Shown piece after piece: positions 1 to 9,569 of a DNA stretch of 64,000 bases. The notes under the pieces were generated by a model. It searched no databases, was not told where the DNA came from, and was given only the letters and a program-made list of their open reading frames with translations. The translations under genes and the position numbers were made by a program. How positions within the stretch are numbered: the first letter of the stretch is position 1; each line of letters opens with the position of its first letter. Origin of the DNA: an uncultured Rubrivivax sp. (lineage in GTDB: Bacteria > Pseudomonadota > Gammaproteobacteria > Burkholderiales > Burkholderiaceae_C); assembly GCA_964371495.1 (NCBI GenBank), contig CAYJOA010000004.1, positions 2,625-66,624 on the forward strand, given 5' to 3'.

Positions 1-7
1 GTCGACG

Positions 8-253
8 ATGGTGACGGCGATGATGAGCGATGCAGCCGACGGCGTCATGAACGGCATGAGGGGCAGCACGCCGATCTCGATGTCAATGGGCGGAATGATG
101 GGCGGCGGCAATATGTCACCTGCGGCCGGCGCTGGCGGCCTCGCCGCGGCAATGACGTCATTCATGAACTCGTCGGCAAACGCCTCCGGCATGACCGCGG
201 CAGACATGGCTGCCCTGATCCAGAAGCTGGCGAACTGCGACGGTCGAATCTGA
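8..253 (+). CDS. Met/Gly-rich small protein, probably 5'-partial (frame open to window edge); putative copper-associated accessory protein
   Basis: 81-aa ORF with no stop back to nt 2. Runs such as MSMGGMMGGGNM and MTSFMNSSANASGM. Its TGA overlaps the ATG of the downstream multicopper oxidase (TGATG at 251-255). No family recognised. Confidence 0.35.
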   Translation: MVTAMMSDAADGVMNGMRGSTPISMSMGGMMGGGNMSPAAGAGGLAAAMTSFMNSSANASGMTAADMAALIQKLANCDGRI

Positions 254-1884
254 TGTCTTCCTTGCGATCGACGGGCAAGCATCGTGGCAGTCCTGGCTCT
301 GAGGCTTGTCCCACACCGATGAAATCCGACACAGCAAAGGGTCCGGCCTTCGACCACGCCAGGCGAGTCCTGATGCTGGGGGCCGCGGGCGCATCGCTCG
401 CGCACCTGACGGGTTGTGGGGGGGGCAGCGGCGATGCAGGAATGGGTAACGCTGGGGCTATGACGTCCCCAGCACCGGCACAGGTCGATCCGGCGGCTGC
501 GACGAGCACGAATCCAGGCCTGCCGATCATCGCCCTCGACCCGGGAGTGATCGATGCCGATGGCGCACGCAGCTTTGCACTCTCGGTGCAGCGGGGAAGC
601 ACGCAATTCCGAACCGGCATCGACACCGACACGCTGGGCTATAACGGAGCGCTGCTGGGGCCGGCGCTGAGACTGTGCAAGGGCGAGAAGACCAGCATCC
701 GGGTCCAGAACCATCTGGCTGAGGAAACCACTGTTCATTGGCACGGCCTGGTCGTTCCGGCCGCAATGGATGGTGGCCCCCACCAGGTCATCGCGCCCGG
801 CGCCCAGTGGCAGGCGAACTTCACCGTCGACAATCCGGCCTCCACCTGCTGGTTCCATTCTCATGTTCACGGCTCGACCGGGCGCCAGGTGGTGATGGGA
901 CTGGCCGGATTGCTGATCGTCGAGGACTCCGCAACGGCCGGGTCGGGTCTGCCCGACACCTGGGGCGTCGACGACCTGGCGCTGGTATTTCAGGACAAGC
1001 GTTTCACGGCATCGGGGCAGATCGACTACACGCTGAGCGCCGGCGATCGCGTGAACGGCTACGTCGGGGACACGCTCCTGGTGAATGGCGCCATCGGCCC
1101 GGTCTGGCAGGCGCCCCGGCAATGGGTCCGGTTGCGCTTGCTCAACGGCTGCAACGCCCGCTTCCTGAAGCTGCGACTGGGCAGCGGCGCGGCCATGATG
1201 CAGGTGGCCAACGAAGGCGGCCTGCTGGCGGCACCCGTCATGCGTCAGTCGATCACGCTGGCTCCTGGAGAGCGGGCCGAGGCCCTGGTCGACTTCAGCC
1301 GGGTGGTCGATGAACAGGAAGTCTCGCTCCTGGCTGCCACGGTCTCCGGCGGTATGGGAATGGGCGGCATGGGAATGGGCGGCAGTGCAGGCTCTTCAGA
1401 AGTCGCGGCGATGAATTTCCGCGCCTCATTGCCCAGGCAACCCGGCGCGATCCTGCAGCCGCCAGACACCCAGGCCAGCGTGCCGGCCGTGGCGGTGAGC
1501 ACGGATGCGACAGTCCGCTCCTTCAGACTGGGTGGCGGCATGATGAGCAGCCAGTTCACGATCAACGGCCGGGCATTCGACATGGGTCGCATCGATCTTG
1601 CCGTTCCGGCCGGCACGGTTGAAATCTGGCAGTTCACCAATGCCACGGGCATGCCGCATCCGATCCATGTGCATGGCGTCAGGATGTCGCTGCTCGCGCG
1701 CGATGGGGTGTCGCCGCCTGCGTACGAGCGTGGCTTGCGCGACACCTTCATCGTCGAGTCGATGCAGTCCGTGACTGTCGCCGTGGAGACCCCGGCTCGG
1801 GCTTCACCGACGCCACTGATGTTCCACTGCCACATCCTCGAACACGAGGACGCGGGAATGATGGGTCAGTTCGTCACGGTTTAG
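253..1884 (+). CDS. Multicopper oxidase (CueO/CopA-like) with twin-arginine leader and lipobox-like LTGC
   Basis: All four MCO copper-ligand motifs are visible: TVHWHGLVVP, WFHSHVHG, HPIHVHG, HCHILEHEDAGMM. Leader HARRVLMLGAAGASLAHLTGC. Met-rich insert GGMGMGGMGMGG (nt ~1348-1383). The true start may be the internal ATG at 319. Confidence 0.9.
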   Translation: MSSLRSTGKHRGSPGSEACPTPMKSDTAKGPAFDHARRVLMLGAAGASLAHLTGCGGGSGDAGMGNAGAMTSPAPAQVDPAAATSTNPGLPIIALDPGVIDADGARSFALSVQRGSTQFRTGIDTDTLGYNGALLGPALRLCKGEKTSIRVQNHLAEETTVHWHGLVVPAAMDGGPHQVIAPGAQWQANFTVDNPASTCWFHSHVHGSTGRQVVMGLAGLLIVEDSATAGSGLPDTWGVDDLALVFQDKRFTASGQIDYTLSAGDRVNGYVGDTLLVNGAIGPVWQAPRQWVRLRLLNGCNARFLKLRLGSGAAMMQVANEGGLLAAPVMRQSITLAPGERAEALVDFSRVVDEQEVSLLAATVSGGMGMGGMGMGGSAGSSEVAAMNFRASLPRQPGAILQPPDTQASVPAVAVSTDATVRSFRLGGGMMSSQFTINGRAFDMGRIDLAVPAGTVEIWQFTNATGMPHPIHVHGVRMSLLARDGVSPPAYERGLRDTFIVESMQSVTVAVETPARASPTPLMFHCHILEHEDAGMMGQFVTV

Positions 1885-2000
1885 CCGGTCGTCGATCGGG
1901 GCGGGTCCCCCACCTCCGACGTTCGCTGGCGCACAGACCCCGGCGGCGCAGAGGCGCACGCTCGCACGGACCGCGTTCATCGCATTCGACAGGAGTTGTC

Positions 2001-2201
2001 ATGAAGAGTCTGCACGCCATGACTGCAGGGACGGTTTCAATGGTGGCCAGCGGAATCGCCTCCGCGCAGAGCGGGCCGATGATGAACGGCGGCATGGGCG
2101 GCGTCGGCTGGATGGGCGGGTACGGGGGCTACTGGGTGCCCGTTCTGCTGGTCGTCGTCGTGGGCCTCGTGGCCTGGATCGTGATCCAAAGACGCAAGTG
2201 A
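2001..2201 (+). CDS. Small Met/Gly-rich, C-terminally membrane-anchored peptide (signal peptide + MMNGGMGGVGWMGGYGGY + TM + RRK)
   Basis: 66-aa ORF with AGGAG 5 nt upstream of the ATG. Signal-like N-terminus ending ASAQS, a Met/Gly-rich middle and a hydrophobic tail VPVLLVVVVGLVAWIVI. Lies between the MCO and cusA. Confidence 0.55.
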   Translation: MKSLHAMTAGTVSMVASGIASAQSGPMMNGGMGGVGWMGGYGGYWVPVLLVVVVGLVAWIVIQRRK

Positions 2202-2381
2202 AGAAGGTCTGCGCAGCGGCAGAAACAGCCGGGCCGTGGCCAGGCTGATGAGCTCGGGCACGACCGACTTGGAGGATGTCCTGCATCGGTGCGAACACGG
2301 CCGAGGGTCCGGAAGCGCCGGCGCCTGGTGGGCATCTGCACCGAGCGTCCGGAGACACTGCGCTGGCACGGGTGGCCAGCG

Positions 2382-5300
2382 TCAATCGGCTGTTCCAGCC
2401 GAAAGCGTCGGCGCCGACGTCACTGGTGACGTCTGCGGCCGCTCCCGCCGCAGCTGCCACTGCTTGACCAGCGCATACAGCGCCGGGATCACGCCCAGCG
2501 TCAGCACCGTCGACGAGATCATGCCGCCGACCATCGGCGCCGCGATGCGGCTCATCACCTCCGAGCCGGTGCCGGTGCCCCACATGATCGGCAGCAGGCC
2601 GGCCATGATCGCGACCACCGTCATCATCTTCGGCCGCACGCGCTCTACGGCCCCTTCCATGATGGCCGCATAGAGATCGCTTGCACCCGGCAGCCGGCCC
2701 TCGCGGCGGCAGCGTTCCTTCGCTTCCTCCCAGGCGTGGTCGAGGTAGATCAGCATCACCACGCCGGTCTCGGCCGCGACGCCGGCCAGCGCGATGAAGC
2801 CCACCGCCACCGCCACCGACAGGTTGTAGTCCAGCCACCACATCAGCCACACGCCGCCGACCAGGGCAAAGGGCACCGACAGCATGACGATGAAGGTCTC
2901 GGTCAGGCGCCTGAAGTTCAGATATAGAAGCAGGAAGATCGTCAGCAGCGTCACCGGCACGACGATCTTCATGCGCTCGATGGCGCGCTCCATGGCTTCG
3001 AACTGGCCGCTCCAGGTGATGTAGTAGCCGGGCGGGAATTTCACCTTGTCGGCCACCGACTGGCGCGCCTCGGCCACGTAGGAGCCGATATCGCGGCCGC
3101 GGATGTCGACGAAGATATAGGCAGACAGCAGCGCGTTCTCGGTGCGGATGCCCGGCGCGCCGCGAACCACCACCACCTTGGCCACCTGCCCGAGCGGCAC
3201 CATGGCGCCACCCATGACAGGCACCAGCACCTCGCGTTCAATCTGCTCGGGGTTGCCGCGCAGCCCGCGCGGATAGCGCACCGTGACCCCGAAGCGTTCG
3301 CGGCCTTCGACCGTGGTCGTCACCATCTCGCCGCCGAGCGCGGTGCCGATCACGTCCAGCAGTTCGCCCACCGACAGGCCGTAGCGCGCCAGCTGTGCGC
3401 GGTCGGGCTCGATGTCGAGGTAGCTGCCGCCGGTCAGGCGTTCGGCGAAGGCCGAGGTCGTGCCCGGCACCGCCTTGACGACGGTCTCGATCTCGCGCGC
3501 CAGCTTCTCCATCTCGCCCAGGTCCTTGCCGAAGACCTTGATGCCGATCGGCGTGCGGATGCCGGTGGACAGCATGTCGATGCGCGCCTTGATCGGCATC
3601 GTCCAGGCGTTGGAGATGCCGGGAAACTGCAGCGCCTTGTCCATCTCGGCGATCAGCTTGTCGGCCGTCATGCCCGGCCGCCACTCCTCCTGCGGTTTCA
3701 GGTTGATGACGGTCTCGAACATTTCCACCGGGGCGGGGTCGGTGGCGGTGTTGGCGCGCCCGGCCTTGCCGTAGACCGAACTCACTTCGGGGAAGCTCTT
3801 GATGATCTTGTCCTGCGTCTGCAGCACCTCGGCGGCCTTGGTGATCGACATGCCTGGCAGCGAAGCCGGCATGTACAGCAGCGTGCCTTCGTTGAGCGTC
3901 GGCATGAATTCGCTGCCGAGCCTGGAGGCCGGGTACCAGGTCGCCGCCATCGCGAGCAGGGCCAGCACGATGGTGAGCCCCTTCCAGCGCATCACCGCCT
4001 CGATGATCGGGCGGTAGACCCAGATCAGGAAGCGGTTCACGGGGTTCTTCGCCTCCGGCATGATCTTGCCGCGGATGAACAGCAGCATCAGCACCGGCAC
4101 CAGCGTCACCGACAGCAGCGAGGCGCCGGCCATCGCGAAGGTCTTGGTGTAGGCCAGCGGCGAGAACAGCCGCCCCTCCTGCGATTCCAGCGTGAAGACC
4201 GGCAGGAACGACACCGTGATGATGAGCAGCGAGAAGAACAGCGCCGGCCCGACTTCCTGGCAGGCTGCGATCATCGCGTCGGCACGCTCCTTCAACGAGT
4301 GAACGGGTTTGAGCCGGTCCAGCCGTTCCAGGTGCTTGTGCGCGTTCTCGATCATCACGATCGCAGCGTCGATCATGGCGCCGATGGCGATCGCGATGCC
4401 GCCCAGGCTCATGATGTTGGAGTTCATGCCCAGCAGGCGCATGGCGATGAATGAGATCAGCACGCCCACCGGCAGCATCAGGATCGCCACCAGCGCCGAG
4501 CGCACGTGCATCAGGAAGACGATGCAGACGACGGCGACGATGATGCTCTCCTCGATCAGCGTCACCGTGAGGGTCTTGATCGCGCGGTGAATGAGGTCCG
4601 AGCGGTCGTAGACGGCCTGGATTGACACGCCTTCGGGCAGGCCGGCCGAGATCTCCTCGACCCTGAGCTTCAGGTTGTGGATGACCTCCAGCGCGTTCTC
4701 GCCGAAGCGCGACATCGCGATGCCGGAGACGACCTCGCCTTCGCCGTTCAGCTCCGACAGGCCGCGGCGCTCGTCGGGTGCCATTTCGACGCGGGCGATG
4801 TCGCGGATCAGCACCGGCGTGCCGCCCTCGGCCTTGACGACCAGCATCTCGATGTCGGCCTTGCCGCGAAGGTAGCCCTTGCCGCGCACCATGTACTCGG
4901 TCTCGGCCATCTCGACGACGCGGCCGCCGACGTCGCGGTTGGAGTCGCGGATGACCTGCGACACCTTCATCAGCGGGATGCCGTAGCTGCGCAGCTTGAG
5001 CGGATCGACGGTGACCTGGTAGGTCTGCACGAAGCCGCCGATCGACGCCACCTCGGCCACGCCCTGCGCCTTGGTGAGCTGGTAGCGCACGTACCAGTCC
5101 TGGATCGTGCGCAGTTCGGCCAGGGTCTTGTTCTTGGCCAGCAGCGCGTACTGGTAGACCCAGCCGACGCCGGTGGCGTCGGGCCCAAGCGACGGCGACA
5201 CACCCTTGGGTAGGCGGCTGGAGGCGAAGTTCAGATATTCGAGCACGCGACTGCGCGCCCAGTAGATGTCAGTGCCATCCTCGAAGATGACGTAGACGAA

Positions 5301-5573
5301 GGAGGCGCCGAAGAACGAGAAGCCGCGCACGACCTTGCTCTTGGGCACCGCCAGCATCGCCGTCGTCAGCGGGTAGGTCACCTGGTCCTCGACGACCTGC
5401 GGCGCCTGGCCCGGATATTCCGTGTAGACGATGACCTGCACGTCCGACAGGTCGGGCAGGGCGTCGAGCGGCGTCTTCATGACCGCGACGACACCACCGA
5501 TGACGACGAACAAGGTGGCGAGCAGGATCAGGAACGGGTTCCTGCCCGACCACTGGATGATCTTGGCCAGCAT
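2382..5573 (-). CDS. cusA: Heavy-metal efflux RND transporter, CusA/SilA-type
   Basis: 1063 aa. N-terminus MLAKIIQWSGRNPFLILLATLFVV and overall HME-RND character. Last gene of a C-B-A order with adaptor and OMF genes directly upstream on the same strand. Confidence 0.92.
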   Translation of the reverse strand: MLAKIIQWSGRNPFLILLATLFVVIGGVVAVMKTPLDALPDLSDVQVIVYTEYPGQAPQVVEDQVTYPLTTAMLAVPKSKVVRGFSFFGASFVYVIFEDGTDIYWARSRVLEYLNFASSRLPKGVSPSLGPDATGVGWVYQYALLAKNKTLAELRTIQDWYVRYQLTKAQGVAEVASIGGFVQTYQVTVDPLKLRSYGIPLMKVSQVIRDSNRDVGGRVVEMAETEYMVRGKGYLRGKADIEMLVVKAEGGTPVLIRDIARVEMAPDERRGLSELNGEGEVVSGIAMSRFGENALEVIHNLKLRVEEISAGLPEGVSIQAVYDRSDLIHRAIKTLTVTLIEESIIVAVVCIVFLMHVRSALVAILMLPVGVLISFIAMRLLGMNSNIMSLGGIAIAIGAMIDAAIVMIENAHKHLERLDRLKPVHSLKERADAMIAACQEVGPALFFSLLIITVSFLPVFTLESQEGRLFSPLAYTKTFAMAGASLLSVTLVPVLMLLFIRGKIMPEAKNPVNRFLIWVYRPIIEAVMRWKGLTIVLALLAMAATWYPASRLGSEFMPTLNEGTLLYMPASLPGMSITKAAEVLQTQDKIIKSFPEVSSVYGKAGRANTATDPAPVEMFETVINLKPQEEWRPGMTADKLIAEMDKALQFPGISNAWTMPIKARIDMLSTGIRTPIGIKVFGKDLGEMEKLAREIETVVKAVPGTTSAFAERLTGGSYLDIEPDRAQLARYGLSVGELLDVIGTALGGEMVTTTVEGRERFGVTVRYPRGLRGNPEQIEREVLVPVMGGAMVPLGQVAKVVVVRGAPGIRTENALLSAYIFVDIRGRDIGSYVAEARQSVADKVKFPPGYYITWSGQFEAMERAIERMKIVVPVTLLTIFLLLYLNFRRLTETFIVMLSVPFALVGGVWLMWWLDYNLSVAVAVGFIALAGVAAETGVVMLIYLDHAWEEAKERCRREGRLPGASDLYAAIMEGAVERVRPKMMTVVAIMAGLLPIMWGTGTGSEVMSRIAAPMVGGMISSTVLTLGVIPALYALVKQWQLRRERPQTSPVTSAPTLSAGTAD

Positions 5574-5585
5574 GGTGTACTCCGC

Positions 5586-7226
5586 TCAGTGGCCGCTGTG
5601 GGAAGTGGAACCCGCACCGGTGGCCGGTGCGGCCGGCTTTGCGGGTGCGGGCGCGGCGCCGCCCGTCCGCGGCGCGGCACCGATCGAGGTCACCACGTAC
5701 TCGCCGGGCTGGCGCTCGACGAATTCGAAGCTCACCTTTTGTCCAGGCTTCAAGCCCGCCAGCAGGGCGCCGTTGGCGGCCTTGAATTCCATCGTCATCG
5801 CCGGCCACTTCAGGCTGTCGACCGGGCCGTGGTTGAGGCTCACCGTGCCGGCCTGCAGGTCGACGCTGTCCACGCTGCCCTCGGCCTTGTGGCCCACCGT
5901 CGCCGGTGCCGGTGAGGTGCTGGCAGCTGGCGCCGCCGGGGCGGCACCCATGCCGCCGATGGCGGCCTTGAGGTTGCTCTCGGCGTCGATGAGGAAATTG
6001 GCAGCGACGACGACCTGTTCGCCGTCGCTCACGCCCTTGACGACCTCGACGAAGTTCTCGCCACGGGCGCCCAGTTCGACATCGCGCGGTTCGAAGCGCC
6101 CCTCCTGCACCTGCACGAGCACGATGCGCCGCGCACCGGTGTCGATGATCGCGGAGTCCGGCACGGTGAGCACCGGCGCCTTGCCGCCGACGGTGACTTG
6201 GACCTGCGCGAACATCGCTGGCTTCAATCTCTGGCCCGGGTTGGCCAGTTCCACCCGCACCGGGACGCTGCGGGTCTCCGCCGTCATGGTCGGGTAGACG
6301 AAGGTGATGCGACCGTCGAAGACCTCGTTGGGATACGCGGTGGTGGTGACCCGTGCCCTGGCGCCGGTCTTGACGAGGCCGATGTCCTGCTCGGACACGT
6401 CGGCAATGACCCACACCGACGACAGGTCGGTGATCTGGTACAGCATCTCGCCGGGCATGAAGCGCATGCCCTGCAGCGCCTTCTTCTCGGTGACCACACC
6501 CGACACCGGCGAGGGGAAAGTGACGGTGCGCTGGGGCTGGCCCGTTCTCACCAGGGCTTCCAGTTGTGCGGGCGCGAGTTCCCAGTGGCGCAGGTGGGCC
6601 AGGCTCGACTCGGCCAGTTGCGCCATGCCACCCTGAGCCTCGGCGCCCGCGTCCTTCATGGCCCGCAGGCCTTGCGCCGCAATGAGGTATTCGCGCTGCG
6701 CGGCCACCAGTTCGGGGCTATAGGCCTCGAACAGCGGCTGACCGCGGCTCACGTGCTGGCCGGTGACGTTGACGAGGAGCTTCTCGACATAGCCCTCGAA
6801 TTTCGGGGCGATCACGGCGACGCGCCGCTCGTCGGGTTCGACTCGTCCTGCCGCGCGCACCGTCCTGCCGAGCAGGCGCAGGCTCGCGGCCTCGGTGCGC
6901 ACGCCCAGCTTCTGGACCTTCTCGGTGCTGATGCGCAGCTGGGCGGACCCCCCCGCCGCGGCGGGCGAACTGTCCTCGTCCTCGCCCTCGTAGACCGCGA
7001 CGTAGTCCATGCCCATCGGGTCCTTCTTCGGCGTCGGCGACGTGTCGGGCAGGCCCATCGGGTTGCGGTAGTAGAGCAGCTTGCGCGCCTTGGGTGCCGA
7101 GGCGGCCGCCGTCGTGGCCGCATCCTCGCCGGGCGCATGCGCCTGGGAACGGGATCCGAGCCAGTAGCTGGTGGCGCCCACGGCGCCGAGCACGACGATG
7201 GCGAGCAGGGTGGTCACGGTCTTCAC
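5586..7226 (-). CDS. cusB: Efflux RND periplasmic adaptor CusB/SilB-type with C-terminal CusF-like metallochaperone domain
   Basis: 546 aa with a membrane-fusion-protein core (HlyD-like). The C-terminal ~70 aa read VDLQAGTVSLNHGPVDSLKWPAMTMEFKA..., carrying the CusF-type H/W/M/M ligand pattern. GTG start overlaps the cusC stop (GTGA). Confidence 0.88.
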   Translation of the reverse strand: MKTVTTLLAIVVLGAVGATSYWLGSRSQAHAPGEDAATTAAASAPKARKLLYYRNPMGLPDTSPTPKKDPMGMDYVAVYEGEDEDSSPAAAGGSAQLRISTEKVQKLGVRTEAASLRLLGRTVRAAGRVEPDERRVAVIAPKFEGYVEKLLVNVTGQHVSRGQPLFEAYSPELVAAQREYLIAAQGLRAMKDAGAEAQGGMAQLAESSLAHLRHWELAPAQLEALVRTGQPQRTVTFPSPVSGVVTEKKALQGMRFMPGEMLYQITDLSSVWVIADVSEQDIGLVKTGARARVTTTAYPNEVFDGRITFVYPTMTAETRSVPVRVELANPGQRLKPAMFAQVQVTVGGKAPVLTVPDSAIIDTGARRIVLVQVQEGRFEPRDVELGARGENFVEVVKGVSDGEQVVVAANFLIDAESNLKAAIGGMGAAPAAPAASTSPAPATVGHKAEGSVDSVDLQAGTVSLNHGPVDSLKWPAMTMEFKAANGALLAGLKPGQKVSFEFVERQPGEYVVTSIGAAPRTGGAAPAPAKPAAPATGAGSTSHSGH

Positions 7227-8545
7227 AGGTCTTCTCCCAGGATTCTTTCGATCTCGGCCAGGCGCAGTTGCGCCTCGACCTGCGTCTTGAGCAGTTCCTG
7301 CCGCGCCGAGCGGATCTGGCGCTGGGCTTCGAGCAGCATCGCAAATTCGGCCTTGCCGTTCTCGTAGGCCGCCAGGGCAGACTGCAGGCTCAGTTCAGAC
7401 TGCGGCAGCAACTGGGTCTTCACCAGCGCCTCGCTGCGCCGCGCGGCATCCAGGCTGGCCAGCTTGCCGGCCAGTTCGCCGAGCAGTTGGTGCTGCAACG
7501 CATCGGCGCGCGATCGCGCGGCAGCGACCATGGCTTCGGCTTCGCGTTCCTGGCCGCGACGAGACTCCTGCTGCAGCGGGATGTTCATCTCGAACATCAG
7601 GCCCCAGGTGGTGATGCGTGTGCCCATCTGGGTCGGCACCACACCGACCTGGAGATCGGGGTAGCGGTTCTGCAGCGTGAGCTCGCGATTCTTCTGCGCG
7701 GCGCCCAGGCGGGCCAGTTCGGCCACGATCTGCGGATTGCGCACCCGTGCCCGCTCGGCCAGCGACGCGGCATCGGCGGTGGTCAGCGCCGGCGGCTCGC
7801 GCAGCGCCCGCGGGTCGGCCAAGGGGGCTGTGCCGTCGCGCGCCAGCAGGCCGTTCAGCATCGCCCGCAGCTGACGCTTCTCGCTGTCGAGGGCGATCAG
7901 TTCGGCGCGCATGGTGGTCTGCTCCAGCTGCGCGCGGATCGCGTCCGACTGGCCGACCAGGCCTCCGGCGTAACGGGCCTGCGCGACCTGCTCGAGTCGT
8001 GACATCAGTTGCAGCACTTCGGCGGCCAGGCGTTCGTTGCCGGCGGCGCGGTAATACTCGGCATAGACGACCTTGATGCGGGCCGCCAGTTCGGCCCAGG
8101 TGGCTTCCGTGCGGGCTTCGGCCTGCCTGGCGTCGGCGGCGGCGGCATCGCGCCGCAGATCGCGCTTGCCCCACAGCGGAAAGGTCTGCATCAGCGTGTA
8201 TTTCGTCTCGCCGACCTTGGACGGCAGCAGGCTGGGCGAAGCGCCGCTGGCGTAGTTGTTGATGTCCATGAGCTCGATGCGCAGCACCGGGTCGGGCAGG
8301 GCGCCCGCGGGCCCGATGCGCTGTGCCGCCGCGTCGGCCTCCTGCCGCATGGCGTTCAGTTCCGGGCTCTGTGCTTGTGCGAACGCCAGCAGTCCCCGCA
8401 GGTCGGAGCCCAGCGGGGCCTCTTGCGCCAGGGCCGGGCCCAAGGCACCAGCGAACGCCAGCAGGCCGCACGCCAGACCACGTGCCCATTGCCGGGCAAG
8501 CTCGGTGCGATTGGGTCCAAGGACTCGTTCTGAAAAGGTCGACAT
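7223..8545 (-). CDS. cusC: Outer-membrane efflux factor, CusC-type
   Basis: OMF (TolC-family) character. Start taken at the internal ATG at 8545 (MSTFSERV...LACGLLAFAGALGPALAQE signal-like). The 79-aa upstream extension of the ORF looks non-coding. Confidence 0.85.
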   Translation of the reverse strand: MSTFSERVLGPNRTELARQWARGLACGLLAFAGALGPALAQEAPLGSDLRGLLAFAQAQSPELNAMRQEADAAAQRIGPAGALPDPVLRIELMDINNYASGASPSLLPSKVGETKYTLMQTFPLWGKRDLRRDAAAADARQAEARTEATWAELAARIKVVYAEYYRAAGNERLAAEVLQLMSRLEQVAQARYAGGLVGQSDAIRAQLEQTTMRAELIALDSEKRQLRAMLNGLLARDGTAPLADPRALREPPALTTADAASLAERARVRNPQIVAELARLGAAQKNRELTLQNRYPDLQVGVVPTQMGTRITTWGLMFEMNIPLQQESRRGQEREAEAMVAAARSRADALQHQLLGELAGKLASLDAARRSEALVKTQLLPQSELSLQSALAAYENGKAEFAMLLEAQRQIRSARQELLKTQVEAQLRLAEIERILGEDL

Positions 8546-8858
8546 GGTTCGGCTCCTCGGACTGTGTCGGCATCGGGCATGGCGCCAGGCGCCGGCAGCG
8601 GGTTGGGTCTGTGCTGACGAGGTCAGTGTCGGGAAAGAGAAAAGGAAGGAGGCAACGAGAGTGCCGATCGAGCTCATGACGAGGAAGTCCAGAGAGGTGA
8701 ATACACAAGGTTCGGTGGACCTGCGCGCCATCGGTGAGCGAGGGTCGAACTCGAAGAGGAGCCCGTCGCTCGCGATCACCACCGGACGGTGGCAGTCAGC
8801 AGGAGGCGGTGGTGCACCGGTCAGGGCAGCCGTGGCGGCTGTCTGCCAGTGTCAGGCG

Positions 8859-9329
8859 CTATAGCGCCAGTCGTAGAAAGGCGATCGGGATCGGCAGGTT
8901 CCGGCCGACATCCCGGCGCGGCAGCCACAACTGCACCGGCGCGAGGGCCGGCATGGGGACGACGGTCACTGCCGCCGTCGCGATCACTGCATGAGACTGA
9001 ACGTCATCCAGTGCCGACTTCAACGGCGGGATTGAAACCGGCGCCTTGCTGCAGAAGTCCTGGCAGTTCGTCTTGGCCAGGCTACCGTGATGCGCTGGCG
9101 CGTCGGCACCGTGCGACGGCAGCAAGCCACCGTCAGCCGGTGCATGGTCATGGAATGCAAGGTCGTCAAGGGCCTCCGCCATTGCCACCAGGCGGCTGGC
9201 AGTCGCGGTAACCGGCTCCGTCTGACCCGTGGTCAGACAGGCATTCGCAACGCTCGTCCCCAGCCCGAACAGCCACAGGAGCAGCACGCGGGCTGCCCAC
9301 AGTCGCAGTTGTCGACGGTAAAGGAACAT
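8859..9329 (-). CDS. Secreted/membrane His- and Cys-containing protein of unknown function (possibly DUF2946/CopL-like copper-associated)
   Basis: Start at ATG 9329 gives MFLYRRQLRLWAARVLLLWLFGLGTSVANA (signal/anchor), then HDHAPADGG...HGADAPAHHGS and CQDFC. Divergent from a PepSY gene, next to cus. Family assignment is a guess. Confidence 0.4.
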   Translation of the reverse strand: MFLYRRQLRLWAARVLLLWLFGLGTSVANACLTTGQTEPVTATASRLVAMAEALDDLAFHDHAPADGGLLPSHGADAPAHHGSLAKTNCQDFCSKAPVSIPPLKSALDDVQSHAVIATAAVTVVPMPALAPVQLWLPRRDVGRNLPIPIAFLRLAL

Positions 9330-9569
9330 GGATGGGGATTGTTCCAGACTTGATGCCCGAATGCCTGAGTCGATTCCGGAGGCGAGCTTGACCAGCATCA
9401 AGGTGATGGACCATGCTCATGCAGCCGGTAAGGTCTTGGACAAGCATATCGCAGCGCCCGGTCGTTGCTCGGTCGGCCACCAGTTCCACCTGCACGACGT
9501 TCGCTGCAATGAGTCGGCAGGCGCTGACACCACAATTGGCAGCTGCCACGAAACGTCAGTTCACCGACC

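Noticed and set aside
1-6. The window begins with GTCGAC (a SalI site), suggesting a cloning boundary
   Set aside because: GTCGAC also occurs internally (for example at 8539-8544 and 9311-9316) and is common in high-GC DNA. No inference is justified.
8546-8782. 79-codon N-terminal extension of the cusC ORF
   Set aside because: The extension has no leader-like features. The internal ATG at 8545 gives a signal-like N-terminus appropriate for an outer-membrane factor.
8855-8868. Perfect 14-bp palindrome GGCGCTATAGCGCC spanning the stop codon of the His-rich protein gene
   Set aside because: A 7+7 palindrome is expected a few times by chance in 64 kb of GC-biased sequence. There is no second copy or matching regulator, so it is not called as an operator or terminator.
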